A stretch of DNA of 64,000 nucleotides from Burkholderiales bacterium (GTDB lineage: Bacteria > Pseudomonadota > Gammaproteobacteria > Burkholderiales > SHXO01): contig DATJVI010000001.1 of assembly GCA_035501875.1 (NCBI GenBank), positions 6,094 to 70,093 of the forward strand, read 5' to 3'. The notes under the pieces were generated by a model. That model saw only the letters and a program-made list of their open reading frames with translations, was not told where the DNA came from and did no database searches. Made by a program: the position numbers and the translations under genes. How positions within the stretch are numbered: the stretch's first letter is position 1; the number at the start of each line of letters is the position of its first letter. Positions 46,265 to 54,960 of this stretch are shown here, one piece after another.

Positions 46265-49015
46265 ATGCAGATCGCCGTCACCTCCTGGTGGCCGCTGTGG
46301 CTGTTGGCAGCCGCGCCAGTCCTTTGGCTCGCCAGCCGGCCCAACCGCGCGGCGGTCGGCCGCCGGCGCGTCCGAATCGCGGGGTGGCTGCGCGCGTGCG
46401 CGCTGTGCCTGCTCATCGCGGCGCTGACGGCTCCGGCACTGCGCACGCGCACTCATGAGGTTTCCGTGGTGTATGCGCTGGACATCTCGCGCAGCGTGTC
46501 GCCCGACTTCCTGCGCGGCGCGTTGCAGTGGATGCGCGCAGCCAACGCACGCTACCGCCCGGCGCAAGCGCGCTATGTGGTCTTTGCGGACCGCGCCGAG
46601 CTGCTCGCGGACCTCGAGTCGATCGCGTCGGTGGCCGTGCGATCCGGCGATGCGAACCCGCACGAGGACGGGGCCATCGACCAGAACGCGACCGATCTCG
46701 AGCAGGCGCTCACCACGGCGCTCCTCGGCTTCGCGCCGGGACATGCCAAACGACTAGTCTTGATGAGCGATGGCAACCAGACCGCAGGCGACGTGTGGCG
46801 CGCCTTGCCCAGATTGCAGTCCGAGCGGGTTCGGGTGTTCGCGCTGCCCGCTACCGTCGCGCTCGAAGGCGACGCCTGGATCGACGAGCTGATCGTGCCG
46901 CAGTCCGTGCGGCAACTGGAGCCGGTCACGCTGCGCCTGCACGTTTCCTCGCGCAGCCGCTCGCGCGCAACAGTGCAGCTCGCCATCGCGGGCGATGTGG
47001 TCGGCAGCCGTGTCGCATCGCTTGCTCCCGGCCAGAACGAGGTGGCCTTCGCGGCGCGCTTCAAACACGCCGGCGAGAATGCCGTGGTGGCCAAGCTCGC
47101 GCCGGAACGCGGGCCCGACTCTCGCGCCGACTCGCTCTCTGAAACCGTCTGGGTCCAGCCGCGCCCCCGCGTGCTGTACATCGAGAGCACCCCCGGCGCG
47201 GCGCGCTACTTGGCAAACGCGTTGCGACTGCAAGGCATCGAGGTGGCGAGCGCTACACCCGAGCAGTTCTCCGGCGGCGCGCAAGGGCTGCGGGGTACGG
47301 ACGCCGTCATCCTGAGCGACATCCCGGCGGAGCGTCTCGGACCGGCCAGCGTGCGCCGCCTCGAGGTCTTCGTCCGCGACCTGGGCGGGGGCTTGATCTT
47401 CGCCGCCGGAGAGAACACGTACGGCAACCAGGGCTACGCCAAGGGCGACGTGGAGCGCCTGCTGCCGGTGCGGTTCGAGGCACGGCGCAAGCGCCGAGAG
47501 CTCGACCTGGTGCTGCTGATCGACCGCTCCTACAGCATGCGCGGGCGCAAGCTCGAGCTCGCCAAGTCGGCCTCCCTCGCCACGCTCGACCTGCTCGAGG
47601 AGCAGCATCGGCTGGCGGTGATCGGGTTCGACTCCAAGCCGCACGATGTGGTGCCGCTCGCCGAAGTAGGCAGCAAGCGGCGTGCGCAGGACCTCATCAG
47701 CAGCATGACCGCCAGCGGGCAAACCAACATCTACAACGCGCTGAGGCGCGCGGTTGAGCTGCTCGCAGCGTCGAAGGCGAAGACCAAGCACGTCATCCTG
47801 CTCTCCGACGGAGTGACTGCTCCGCCGCCCGGAACCGTCCCGGCCGGACCCCGGATGGCGGACAGCGACTCCGCGTGGGAGATCATCCGCGAGCTGCGCC
47901 GGGACACGCTGGGACGTCCGTTGTTGCCGCCGGAGTCCGCAGAGCCCGCGCCCGCGGCAGGCGGCTTCGAGGAGCTCGTCGCGCAGATGGCGGCAGCCGA
48001 CATCACGCTGTCCACCGTGGCGATCGGGGAGAAGCCCAACCTGGAGCTGATGAGCGCGCTCGCCCGCTGGGGGAACGGCAAGGGCTACGTCGCAGCCCGC
48101 GACGTGGAGCTTCCGGGGATGTTCGTGGCGGAAGCGCGCCGCCTGCTGGGCGAATCGCTGGTGGAGGAACCGTTCCGCCCGATGGTGAAGGCCAAGGCAG
48201 ACGCACTGGCCGGCATCGACTTCGCCACCGGGCCTCCGCTCCGGGGATATGTGCGCGCCAACGCGAAGCGCTTCTCGGACGTGCTGCTGGAAGCGAAGAA
48301 CGGCGAGCCGCTGCTCGTGCAGACCCGCTATGGTCTGGGCAAGACGGTGGCGTTCCTCTCCGACCTCAAGAGCCGCTGGGCCGTTCAATGGCTGAGCTGG
48401 CCCGGCTACGGCCGGTTCTGGGCCCAGGTCGTGCGCGACGCGATCCGTGACAGCGCAGATGAAGGGCTTGCCTGGCGCGTCTCGCGGCACGGACCGGAGG
48501 CGCTGCTCACGTTGACCGCCTTGGATGGCGACGGTGCGTATCGCAACGGACTCTCGCCAAAGGTGCGCGTGGTGACGCCGGACGCCCAATCCAACGTCAT
48601 GGTCCTGCGGCAGGTGGCGCCGGGCACCTATCGAGCGAGCATGCCGTTGCAGGCGTCCCGGCGCGCTGCCTATCGATTCGAGCTGCTTCCGAGCCCCGGG
48701 ATCTCGCCGCAGGAGGTCGCGCAAGCCGGAGCCCGCGGCCTGTTCTATCCCAAATCGGACGAATACCGTGCGCTGCCGCCCAACGTCGCCCTGCTCGAAG
48801 CGCTCAGCAGGCAGACCGGCGGCAAGCTCGCGCCCGAAGCCGAAGAAGTCTTGGCTCCCTCCTCGGACGCGGGCATGGTCTCTACGCCGCTCTGGCCGTA
48901 CCTCGCGGCCGCTGCTCTTCTGCTGTTCCTCGCGGACATCGCGGTGCGCCGCGTGCCCTGGAGCCGGCTTGATGAAACCGTATCGGGGAAGCGAGTGATC
49001 CGAGGAATGCCGTAG
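46265..49015 (+). CDS. Large membrane-anchored von Willebrand factor A (VWA) domain protein
   Basis: 916 aa. N-terminal TM helices, a VWA core with a MIDAS-like DxSxS (LLIDRSYSM...ASGQTNIYNAL...LLSDG) and a C-terminal TM helix. The start is 4 nt after the preceding stop. Confidence 0.75.
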   Translation: MQIAVTSWWPLWLLAAAPVLWLASRPNRAAVGRRRVRIAGWLRACALCLLIAALTAPALRTRTHEVSVVYALDISRSVSPDFLRGALQWMRAANARYRPAQARYVVFADRAELLADLESIASVAVRSGDANPHEDGAIDQNATDLEQALTTALLGFAPGHAKRLVLMSDGNQTAGDVWRALPRLQSERVRVFALPATVALEGDAWIDELIVPQSVRQLEPVTLRLHVSSRSRSRATVQLAIAGDVVGSRVASLAPGQNEVAFAARFKHAGENAVVAKLAPERGPDSRADSLSETVWVQPRPRVLYIESTPGAARYLANALRLQGIEVASATPEQFSGGAQGLRGTDAVILSDIPAERLGPASVRRLEVFVRDLGGGLIFAAGENTYGNQGYAKGDVERLLPVRFEARRKRRELDLVLLIDRSYSMRGRKLELAKSASLATLDLLEEQHRLAVIGFDSKPHDVVPLAEVGSKRRAQDLISSMTASGQTNIYNALRRAVELLAASKAKTKHVILLSDGVTAPPPGTVPAGPRMADSDSAWEIIRELRRDTLGRPLLPPESAEPAPAAGGFEELVAQMAAADITLSTVAIGEKPNLELMSALARWGNGKGYVAARDVELPGMFVAEARRLLGESLVEEPFRPMVKAKADALAGIDFATGPPLRGYVRANAKRFSDVLLEAKNGEPLLVQTRYGLGKTVAFLSDLKSRWAVQWLSWPGYGRFWAQVVRDAIRDSADEGLAWRVSRHGPEALLTLTALDGDGAYRNGLSPKVRVVTPDAQSNVMVLRQVAPGTYRASMPLQASRRAAYRFELLPSPGISPQEVAQAGARGLFYPKSDEYRALPPNVALLEALSRQTGGKLAPEAEEVLAPSSDAGMVSTPLWPYLAAAALLLFLADIAVRRVPWSRLDETVSGKRVIRGMP

Positions 49016-49277
49016 CTTGGAAAGCTCAGCGTCGGACATCCGCCGCTGCGCTCCCTGCGCACCCGCGCAGTTGCCCTGCGAGGAAGGGCCGAGTTACGTT
49101 GCATTGATATGGCACCAGCGCCAGTTCTCGCTCGGGACGCCCCGAACCTGTTACTGAGCGTCCAGTGGCATGAGCGTGCTTGCTCCCATGCCTGGACTAG
49201 GAGCCGTCACAGCGCCGACTACTCTCGCCCAGTCGCGGTAGCATTGCGGAACCGACAATAAATCACCCACCGCGCAA

Positions 49278-50039
49278 GTGCTGCTCCCAATCGGCGACGA
49301 GCCCAATCCCCGTCACTTCCCGGTGATGACGGTGGCCTTGATCGTGGTCAACGTCGCCGCGTACCTGCTGGTCGCTCTGCCCCTGAGCATGCAGCGCCCG
49401 GACCCGGGCGATCCGCTGCTCGCGGAATACTTGCGCGCGGTGCTGCCGCACCTGCCCCCGGGCACGTCGCCGCAAGACGTGATGCAGCAGATCACCGCAT
49501 ACGATCTGGTGGTGTACCGCTGGGGATTCCGCCCCAACGCGCCGAGCCCGGTCACGCTGCTGACCGCGATGTTCCTGCACGGCGGGCTGATGCACCTGTT
49601 CGGCAACATGCTCTACCTGTGGATCTACGGCAACAACGTGGAGGACCGGCTGGGCAAGGCGGCGTACCTGTTCTGGTATCTCGCCACCGGCATCGCTGCG
49701 ACGCTGTTCTTCATGGCCTTCAACCTCGGCTCGCCGCTCCCGCTGGTCGGCGCTTCGGGCGCGATCTCCGGGGTGCTCGGGTTCTACTTCGTCTGGTTCC
49801 CGCGCAACATCGTCAAGCTGTGGATATTCCTGTTTCCGTTCTACATGGGAGTGGTCCGGGTCCGGGCAACCTACGTTCTGGTGGTCTATCTCGTGCTCGA
49901 CAATCTGCTGCCGTTCCTGCTCGTCCCGGCGGGAGGGGGCGGCGTCGCACACGGCGCGCACATCGGCGGCTTCATCGCCGGTGCACTGGTTGCGCTGATC
50001 CTCGGCCGCACGCCATCCCGAGGGCCGGAAGCATCGTAG
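49278..50039 (+). CDS. Rhomboid-family intramembrane serine protease
   Basis: 253 aa with a GTG start. HGGLMHLFGNMLYLW, the catalytic GASGAISG motif and a distal HIGGF. Confidence 0.8.
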   Translation: MLLPIGDEPNPRHFPVMTVALIVVNVAAYLLVALPLSMQRPDPGDPLLAEYLRAVLPHLPPGTSPQDVMQQITAYDLVVYRWGFRPNAPSPVTLLTAMFLHGGLMHLFGNMLYLWIYGNNVEDRLGKAAYLFWYLATGIAATLFFMAFNLGSPLPLVGASGAISGVLGFYFVWFPRNIVKLWIFLFPFYMGVVRVRATYVLVVYLVLDNLLPFLLVPAGGGGVAHGAHIGGFIAGALVALILGRTPSRGPEAS

Positions 50040-50054
50040 GCACTGCGCGCCGGG

Positions 50055-50234
50055 TCACGGCGCCGACACTCTCAGGTTGACCGGAGCGCGCCCGCCTTCG
50101 GAGTCGATCACATACATCTTGACCTTCGGCAGGATCTTCTCCATCGCGTCGAGGTACAGGCGCGAGCGAGTCACCTCCGGCGCCTTGTGGTACTCCCGGA
50201 GCAGCAGGAGAAAACGCTCTCTGGTCATGGTCAT
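50055..50234 (-). CDS. 59-aa ORF homologous to the C-terminal segment of HflK (orphan fragment or small protein)
   Basis: My own translation: MTMTRERFLLLLREYHKAPEVTRSRLYLDAMEKILPKVKMYVIDSEGGRAPVNLRVSAP. The core KAPEVTRSRLYLDAMEKIL parallels E. coli HflK AAPEITRERLYIETMEKVL. It is bounded by an in-frame stop at 50238-50240, is not in the ORF track (under 60 aa) and has no obvious Shine-Dalgarno sequence. Confidence 0.4.
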   Translation of the reverse strand: MTMTRERFLLLLREYHKAPEVTRSRLYLDAMEKILPKVKMYVIDSEGGRAPVNLRVSAP

Positions 50235-50281
50235 GATTCACGGTTGACGCGATGCTGCTGTACCGCCGGAACGGGGTCATC

Positions 50282-51193
50282 TCATGGTCGGCTCCTTTCT
50301 TTCCGCTGGGCGTGAACTTTGTGCGCCAACGCTGGGCGTTCGTAGTAATCGCTGCGCTGGAGCAGTCCGAACAGTTCGGAGTCCGCCGGCAACACCAAGG
50401 TCGTGCCCTTGGGCACGAGATTGCGTGAGGCCTCCATGCTGCGCTGGAACTGATAAAACTCCGGGCCCTGCGACAGTGCTTGCGCGTAGATGCGCGCTGC
50501 CTTGCCCTCCCCTTCGCCGCGCTGTTTCTGGGCGAGTTTGAGGGCTTCGGACAGCACGGCGGCTTTCTCCTGCTCGGCCGCCGCGCGCACCTTCTGCCCT
50601 TCTTCGTCGCCTTCCGAGCGGTACTTCATGCTGATCCGACCGCGCTCCGACTTCATGCGTGCGTACAGCGGAGGCCGGTTCTGCTTCGGGAAGTCGAAGC
50701 TGCGCAGCTGCACGTCGGCCACTTCGATGCCATAGTCGCGCAGCGCGATGTCCCGGCAGCGTGCGGCGACCTCGGCAACGATGGCCTCGGCGCGGTATGC
50801 ACCCGGCTCCACCGACGCGAAGGCGGCGAGCGGGCTGCGCCCGATGGCGGCGCCGAGCTCGGAGAACAGGATGTCGCCGAGCCTCGATTCTGCGCCCGAG
50901 CGGTCGAACACGGTCTGGAAGAACTTCTTGGCATCGCCGATCCGCCACAGGATCGTCCCGGCCGCCACAACCGAGGTCTTCTCGACTGTCAGGAATTCGC
51001 TCGAAGCCGGCGTGAACGCGACGAGCCGCGCATCGAACGTGCGCAGGCTCTGATACGGCAGCTTAAAACCCAGGCCCGGTGTAGTGACAACCTTGACCGG
51101 CTTGCCGAACTCGGTGACAAGGCCGTATTCGCCGGTCGCCACCGCGTAGCAAGAAAGCAGGGTGAGCGCGGCGAGCGCGCCAGCGACCGCCAA
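50282..51193 (-). CDS. hflC: SPFH/band-7 protein, HflC-like protease modulator
   Basis: 303 aa. GEGEGKAARIYAQALSQGPEFYQFQRSMEA parallels E. coli HflC GEGDAEAAKLFADAFSKDPDFYAFIRSLRA. The start is uncertain: TTG at 51193 or an upstream in-frame CTG that would lengthen the TM helix. Confidence 0.75.
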   Translation of the reverse strand: MAVAGALAALTLLSCYAVATGEYGLVTEFGKPVKVVTTPGLGFKLPYQSLRTFDARLVAFTPASSEFLTVEKTSVVAAGTILWRIGDAKKFFQTVFDRSGAESRLGDILFSELGAAIGRSPLAAFASVEPGAYRAEAIVAEVAARCRDIALRDYGIEVADVQLRSFDFPKQNRPPLYARMKSERGRISMKYRSEGDEEGQKVRAAAEQEKAAVLSEALKLAQKQRGEGEGKAARIYAQALSQGPEFYQFQRSMEASRNLVPKGTTLVLPADSELFGLLQRSDYYERPALAHKVHAQRKERSRP

Positions 51194-51438
51194 CGCCGCG
51201 GCAATCGCCAGTCGCCGCCGGTTGGTCGACGCACCGCGAGCTTAGCCGGCTGCCGCCATCGCCCCCTCCCCGCCTAGGGCGCATCCGGCCTGACGGCGGG
51301 TGCGCTTGCTTGGGACCAGCAGTTTGCTTCCATCCGCCGGGCTTTACAAGTGGCGCGCCCTTCGGCGCCGCTTTGCACAGAGCTCGAAGTGGGTCGGGCG
51401 CGACCGCTGCGCATCCTCCTCCCGCCCGTCATGCTAGG

Positions 51439-52194
51439 ATGAATCCAACCATCACGATCCCCCGCACTTCAATGCTCGCCCTCCTCGTCGGCCTGGGCGC
51501 ATTCGCCTCGACGCTCCTCGGCGGTGCGTTCGCGCTGCGCTTCAAAGACAAGCTGCATCTGATCATGGGATTCAGCGCCGGCGCGGTGATCGCGGTCGCG
51601 TTCTTCGATCTGCTGCCCGAGGCCATCAAGCTCGCCGGCCAGGCAGTTGGCATTTCGCCGCTGAGCTCGCTCACCGCGCTCGGGTTCATGCTGTACATGG
51701 TGCTCGACCGCATGGTCGTGCTGCATGCGGGCGGCGACGAAGGCATCGGCGGGCACACGCATCGCGGGCGGCTGGGCGCGGGCAGCCTCTCCATCCACAG
51801 CTTTCTCGACGGCACCGCGATCGGCCTCGCGTTCCAGGTGTCCGTGCCGCTGGGCGCGGTGGTCGCCGTTGCAGTGCTCGTGCACGACTTCTCCGACGGC
51901 ATCAACACGGTGACCGTGATCCTGAAGAACGCAGGCAGCTCGCGGGAGGCGTTCCGCTGGCTGCTGGTCGATGCGCTCGCTCCACTGCTCGGCGTGGCAG
52001 CGACCTTGCTCTACAGGCTGCCGGATGCAGCTCTGGGCTCGGTGCTCGCGTTGTTCGCGGGCTTCTTCCTCTACATCGGAGCGAGCGATCTGCTGCCCGA
52101 AAGCTACCACGCGCACCCGACCAAGCTCACCACGATCATGACGCTCTCGGGGGCGGGGCTACTGTACATCGTCATCCGCCTGACGGCGGCTTGA
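51439..52194 (+). CDS. ZIP-family divalent metal transporter (ZupT-like)
   Basis: Trimmed to the ATG at 51439 (MNPTITIP...). [13 protein letters not shown] and [10 protein letters not shown] are the ZIP metal-binding helices. Confidence 0.8.
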   Translation: MNPTITIPRTSMLALLVGLGAFASTLLGGAFALRFKDKLHLIMGFSAGAVIAVAFFDLLPEAIKLAGQAVGISPLSSLTALGFMLYMVLDRMVVLHAGGDEGIGGHTHRGRLGAGSLSIHSFLDGTAIGLAFQVSVPLGAVVAVAVLVHDFSDGINTVTVILKNAGSSREAFRWLLVDALAPLLGVAATLLYRLPDAALGSVLALFAGFFLYIGASDLLPESYHAHPTKLTTIMTLSGAGLLYIVIRLTAA

Positions 52195-52304
52195 GGCCAG
52201 AACGGCGAGCGTACGCGCTACACGTCGTCATACGGCGCTGTTGCGCGGCTTCCCGTGTCAGCTGTACATTCGCTCACCACCGCAGTCCGCTCGAGGAGCC
52301 GTCG

Positions 52305-53129
52305 ATGCGACCGATCACGACATGGCCGGACCTGCTGCACCCGGGGGATGCGACCGATTTCTTCTCGCGCCGCCCGTTTCCGCCCTTCGCTGCGCAAGCC
52401 GGCGGGTATAGCGCGGGAAACGCGCTCTGGCTCGCGGAGCTGTGCCGGCTCGTATACCGGCACGACGCCGAGGAAGACAGCCCGCCCCCGCAACCTACCC
52501 GCACGAGCTTTCTCGCGCAGGCCGGCTTGAGGCAACGCTGTTTCTTCGACTCGAGCGAGACGGATACTCAGGCGATGCTCGTGGAACCCGCGGGCGCGCA
52601 GACGTTCGCGGTGCTCGTGTTTCGCGGCACCGAGCAGCACATCAAAGACTTCCTGAGCGATCTCGAAGTCGGCCGCCCTCCGCTCGGGAGCGCCGCGATC
52701 GACGTGCACGAAGGCTTCAAGGAAGCCATCGATTCGGTCTGGCCCCGGATCGAAGCGGAGCTCGCCAAGCTCGCTTGCCCGCTGTTCTATACCGGGCATA
52801 GCCTGGGCGCCGCACTGGCCACGCTGGCCGCTGCGCGCCACGCGCCGCAGGCCGTGTACACATTCGGATCCCCGCTGGTCGGCAACGAAGCGTTCGTGAG
52901 CTCATTGCGCGGCGTGCGCGTCTACCGCGTGGTCGACGACACCGACGCCGTAACGCTCGTGCCGCCGGAACTGCTGGGATACCGCCACGTGGGCGAGCTG
53001 CAGCGGCTGACGGCGCCGAGCGTGCGATTGTCGCTGAATCCGCTGGTCTGGTTCCGGCTGCTGACCGCGCCGCCCCAGCCTTTGGCCGATCATGCGCCGA
53101 TCAACTACGTCGATCGGCTCGTGGTGTGA
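52305..53129 (+). CDS. Class 3 lipase-family protein
   Basis: Trimmed to the ATG at 52305, preceded by [14 protein letters not shown], the nucleophile elbow [11 protein letters not shown] and D..D.V..VP. Confidence 0.75.
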   Translation: MRPITTWPDLLHPGDATDFFSRRPFPPFAAQAGGYSAGNALWLAELCRLVYRHDAEEDSPPPQPTRTSFLAQAGLRQRCFFDSSETDTQAMLVEPAGAQTFAVLVFRGTEQHIKDFLSDLEVGRPPLGSAAIDVHEGFKEAIDSVWPRIEAELAKLACPLFYTGHSLGAALATLAAARHAPQAVYTFGSPLVGNEAFVSSLRGVRVYRVVDDTDAVTLVPPELLGYRHVGELQRLTAPSVRLSLNPLVWFRLLTAPPQPLADHAPINYVDRLVV

Positions 53130-53195
53130 TCGAAGCAGGCTCGACCCCGCGGCGCCACAGCGCCTGTAGCCGAGTGCGACGCGTGCCGCGCGCAG

Positions 53196-53630
53196 TCACC
53201 GCGCGCCAGTCAACTCCCCGCGCAGGGTTCTGCGCATCTGGCCTCGCACCTGCTCGATCCAGGTCCAGCCCAGCTCGATCGTAACCAGGTCGCCGCTCGA
53301 CTCGCCTTCCACCACGGTCGACATCCCGGCGAGCAAGTCCTCGTTGAGCGGCAACAGCTCCCAGTGCAGCACCGTCATCGACGGCGGCGGCGGCGAGCAC
53401 TCGATCTGCGCGAGCACGGCCTGGTAGCGGTCCTTCGCCTGCTTGAGCGCCGCGGTGCGCTGCGGTCCGCGCGCGTAACGTAGCTGCGCGACGGCAAACT
53501 CGCCCACCGCCGCTTGCGCGTCGCGCCACGCTTGCGCGTAGGCGCTCTCCGGGCCCTCGGCGAGCACCGGTGCTGCCCGCAGGAGCGCGAGCAGCATCGC
53601 GCATGGACCGAGTAGGCGGCGCGTAATCAT
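53196..53630 (-). CDS. Secreted protein of unknown function
   Basis: 144 aa with a signal peptide (CAMLLALLRAAPVLA/EG). The start overlaps the stop of the upstream gene (ATGA). I do not recognise a domain. Confidence 0.5.
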   Translation of the reverse strand: MITRRLLGPCAMLLALLRAAPVLAEGPESAYAQAWRDAQAAVGEFAVAQLRYARGPQRTAALKQAKDRYQAVLAQIECSPPPPSMTVLHWELLPLNEDLLAGMSTVVEGESSGDLVTIELGWTWIEQVRGQMRRTLRGELTGAR

Positions 53631-54679
53631 CGGTTCAGCCGGGCTCGGATGAGTTTCAGCTGGTCCTCCAGGCCGGCTTGACGCACGAGTGCGTCGAGTG
53701 CGCGGTCGCGTTCGGCGCGCGCGAGCGCCGCCACCCGCCGCACGCGTTCGATCTCGAGCTGTTGCTGTGCTTCAGCGGACGACGCCGGCGGTTGCCCTCT
53801 TGCCTCGAAATAGGCGTGAACGATCGCGAGGTCCGTCAGGTCGCCGCTCAGCTTCCCGGTCCAGACGACCGCGCTCGCATCCACGGTGAGCGGCGCAGGC
53901 GGCCCGCCGGGGGCGAGCCCTTCCCACAAGAGCAGCCCGGTCTGCCCGACCGCGGCGCACAGCGCGCCATCTTGGACTGCCTGCGTGAGGTCGATCGTCT
54001 CGAGCTTCGGGTAGACCGCCTCGACTCGCTCCCACGCGAGCGCTAGCCGAGCTTCGGGCGACACTGCCGTGTCCGCTGGCGGAGCAACCAAGCGGGCGGC
54101 GCGCGCCTGCTCGATCCGTCGCCGGATCAATCCGCGGGTAGCGTCCCATAGCGCCGCATCGACAGCGCGTTGCTGCTCACGCGCCGCTTCCTCGAGGCGT
54201 TGCACGTCGGTCTGGTTCTGCTCCCGCAGCGCCTGATTCAGCTCCCGGATCTGCATGACCGTCATTTGCAGCACATCGTTGGACTGCGCCGCCCAGGTGT
54301 CGAGCTCGGCGCCCCGCGCGAGCAGGAAATTGCGGTACCGCTCGCCGGTCACGGCATCGGCGAGCTGCTGCTTCGCGTCCCAGTCGGCTTGCGCGCGAAC
54401 CTGTTCGGCGCGCAAGCGCGCCGCGCCCGCCGTGTCGCCTTCGCGCTCTGCGTTCCGCAGCGCTTCGCGCACGCGACGCAGCTCTTGGGCGCTCGCCTGG
54501 ACGGCCTGGGCCAGCTCGGTCCAGCGCTTGGACTCGGCGGCCGCGAGACAGGTCTGATCGGATCCACAGGTCGTCGAGTCGGCGAGCGCGGGGATGTGCC
54601 ACGCAGCCAGCCCTAGCAGGACGGCGGCGACCCGCGGGATCGCTCGACGCCTTCGCGTCTGGCGACTTGCCCCTGTCAT
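53627..54679 (-). CDS. Secreted coiled-coil protein of unknown function
   Basis: Trimmed to the ATG at 54679 (MTGASRQTRRRRAIPRVAAVLLGLAAWHIPALA/DS). The Arg-rich n-region might indicate Tat export. It has long Ala/Arg/Gln/Glu heptad-like stretches and no recognised domain. Confidence 0.5.
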   Translation of the reverse strand: MTGASRQTRRRRAIPRVAAVLLGLAAWHIPALADSTTCGSDQTCLAAAESKRWTELAQAVQASAQELRRVREALRNAEREGDTAGAARLRAEQVRAQADWDAKQQLADAVTGERYRNFLLARGAELDTWAAQSNDVLQMTVMQIRELNQALREQNQTDVQRLEEAAREQQRAVDAALWDATRGLIRRRIEQARAARLVAPPADTAVSPEARLALAWERVEAVYPKLETIDLTQAVQDGALCAAVGQTGLLLWEGLAPGGPPAPLTVDASAVVWTGKLSGDLTDLAIVHAYFEARGQPPASSAEAQQQLEIERVRRVAALARAERDRALDALVRQAGLEDQLKLIRARLNR

Positions 54680-54960
54680 TTTCGGTCGAGCGCGGCTGCG
54701 CCCGCACGCCCCGAACACGATATCCACAACTGCACCGCCGCACACCATTGAGGCGCCTCCCGCTGACCGTCATCTCCCCGCGCCAGCGCCCCCGGAAGTG
54801 GCGGCCCGCATCGCGCTCGCCCGCAAGTCTATCGCGCGGCGCCGCAGGCGCAAAGGCCGGGCGGGGATTCCGCCGGCGCGGGCTCCGATCTGAGAGAATA
54901 GGGCATTGGCGGCGCCGGCCGGCGCTCGCGGCAAATCTCTGGCAGGAAAGGGGCGCAATC

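Noticed and set aside
46754-49039. 761-aa ORF antisense to the VWA gene; similarly 60513-62291 (592 aa) antisense to the DUF4129-like gene
   Set aside because: The reasoning is the same. The sense frames have TM helices and VWA/MIDAS motifs, while the antisense frames are Arg/Gly/Pro-rich with no structure.
49972-50280. 102-aa minus-strand ORF listed in the track over the HflK-like region
   Set aside because: It is in a different frame from the HflK-like peptide, its product is Arg/Pro/Gly-rich, and it overlaps the rhomboid gene 3' end. The shorter 59-aa frame carries the recognisable homology.
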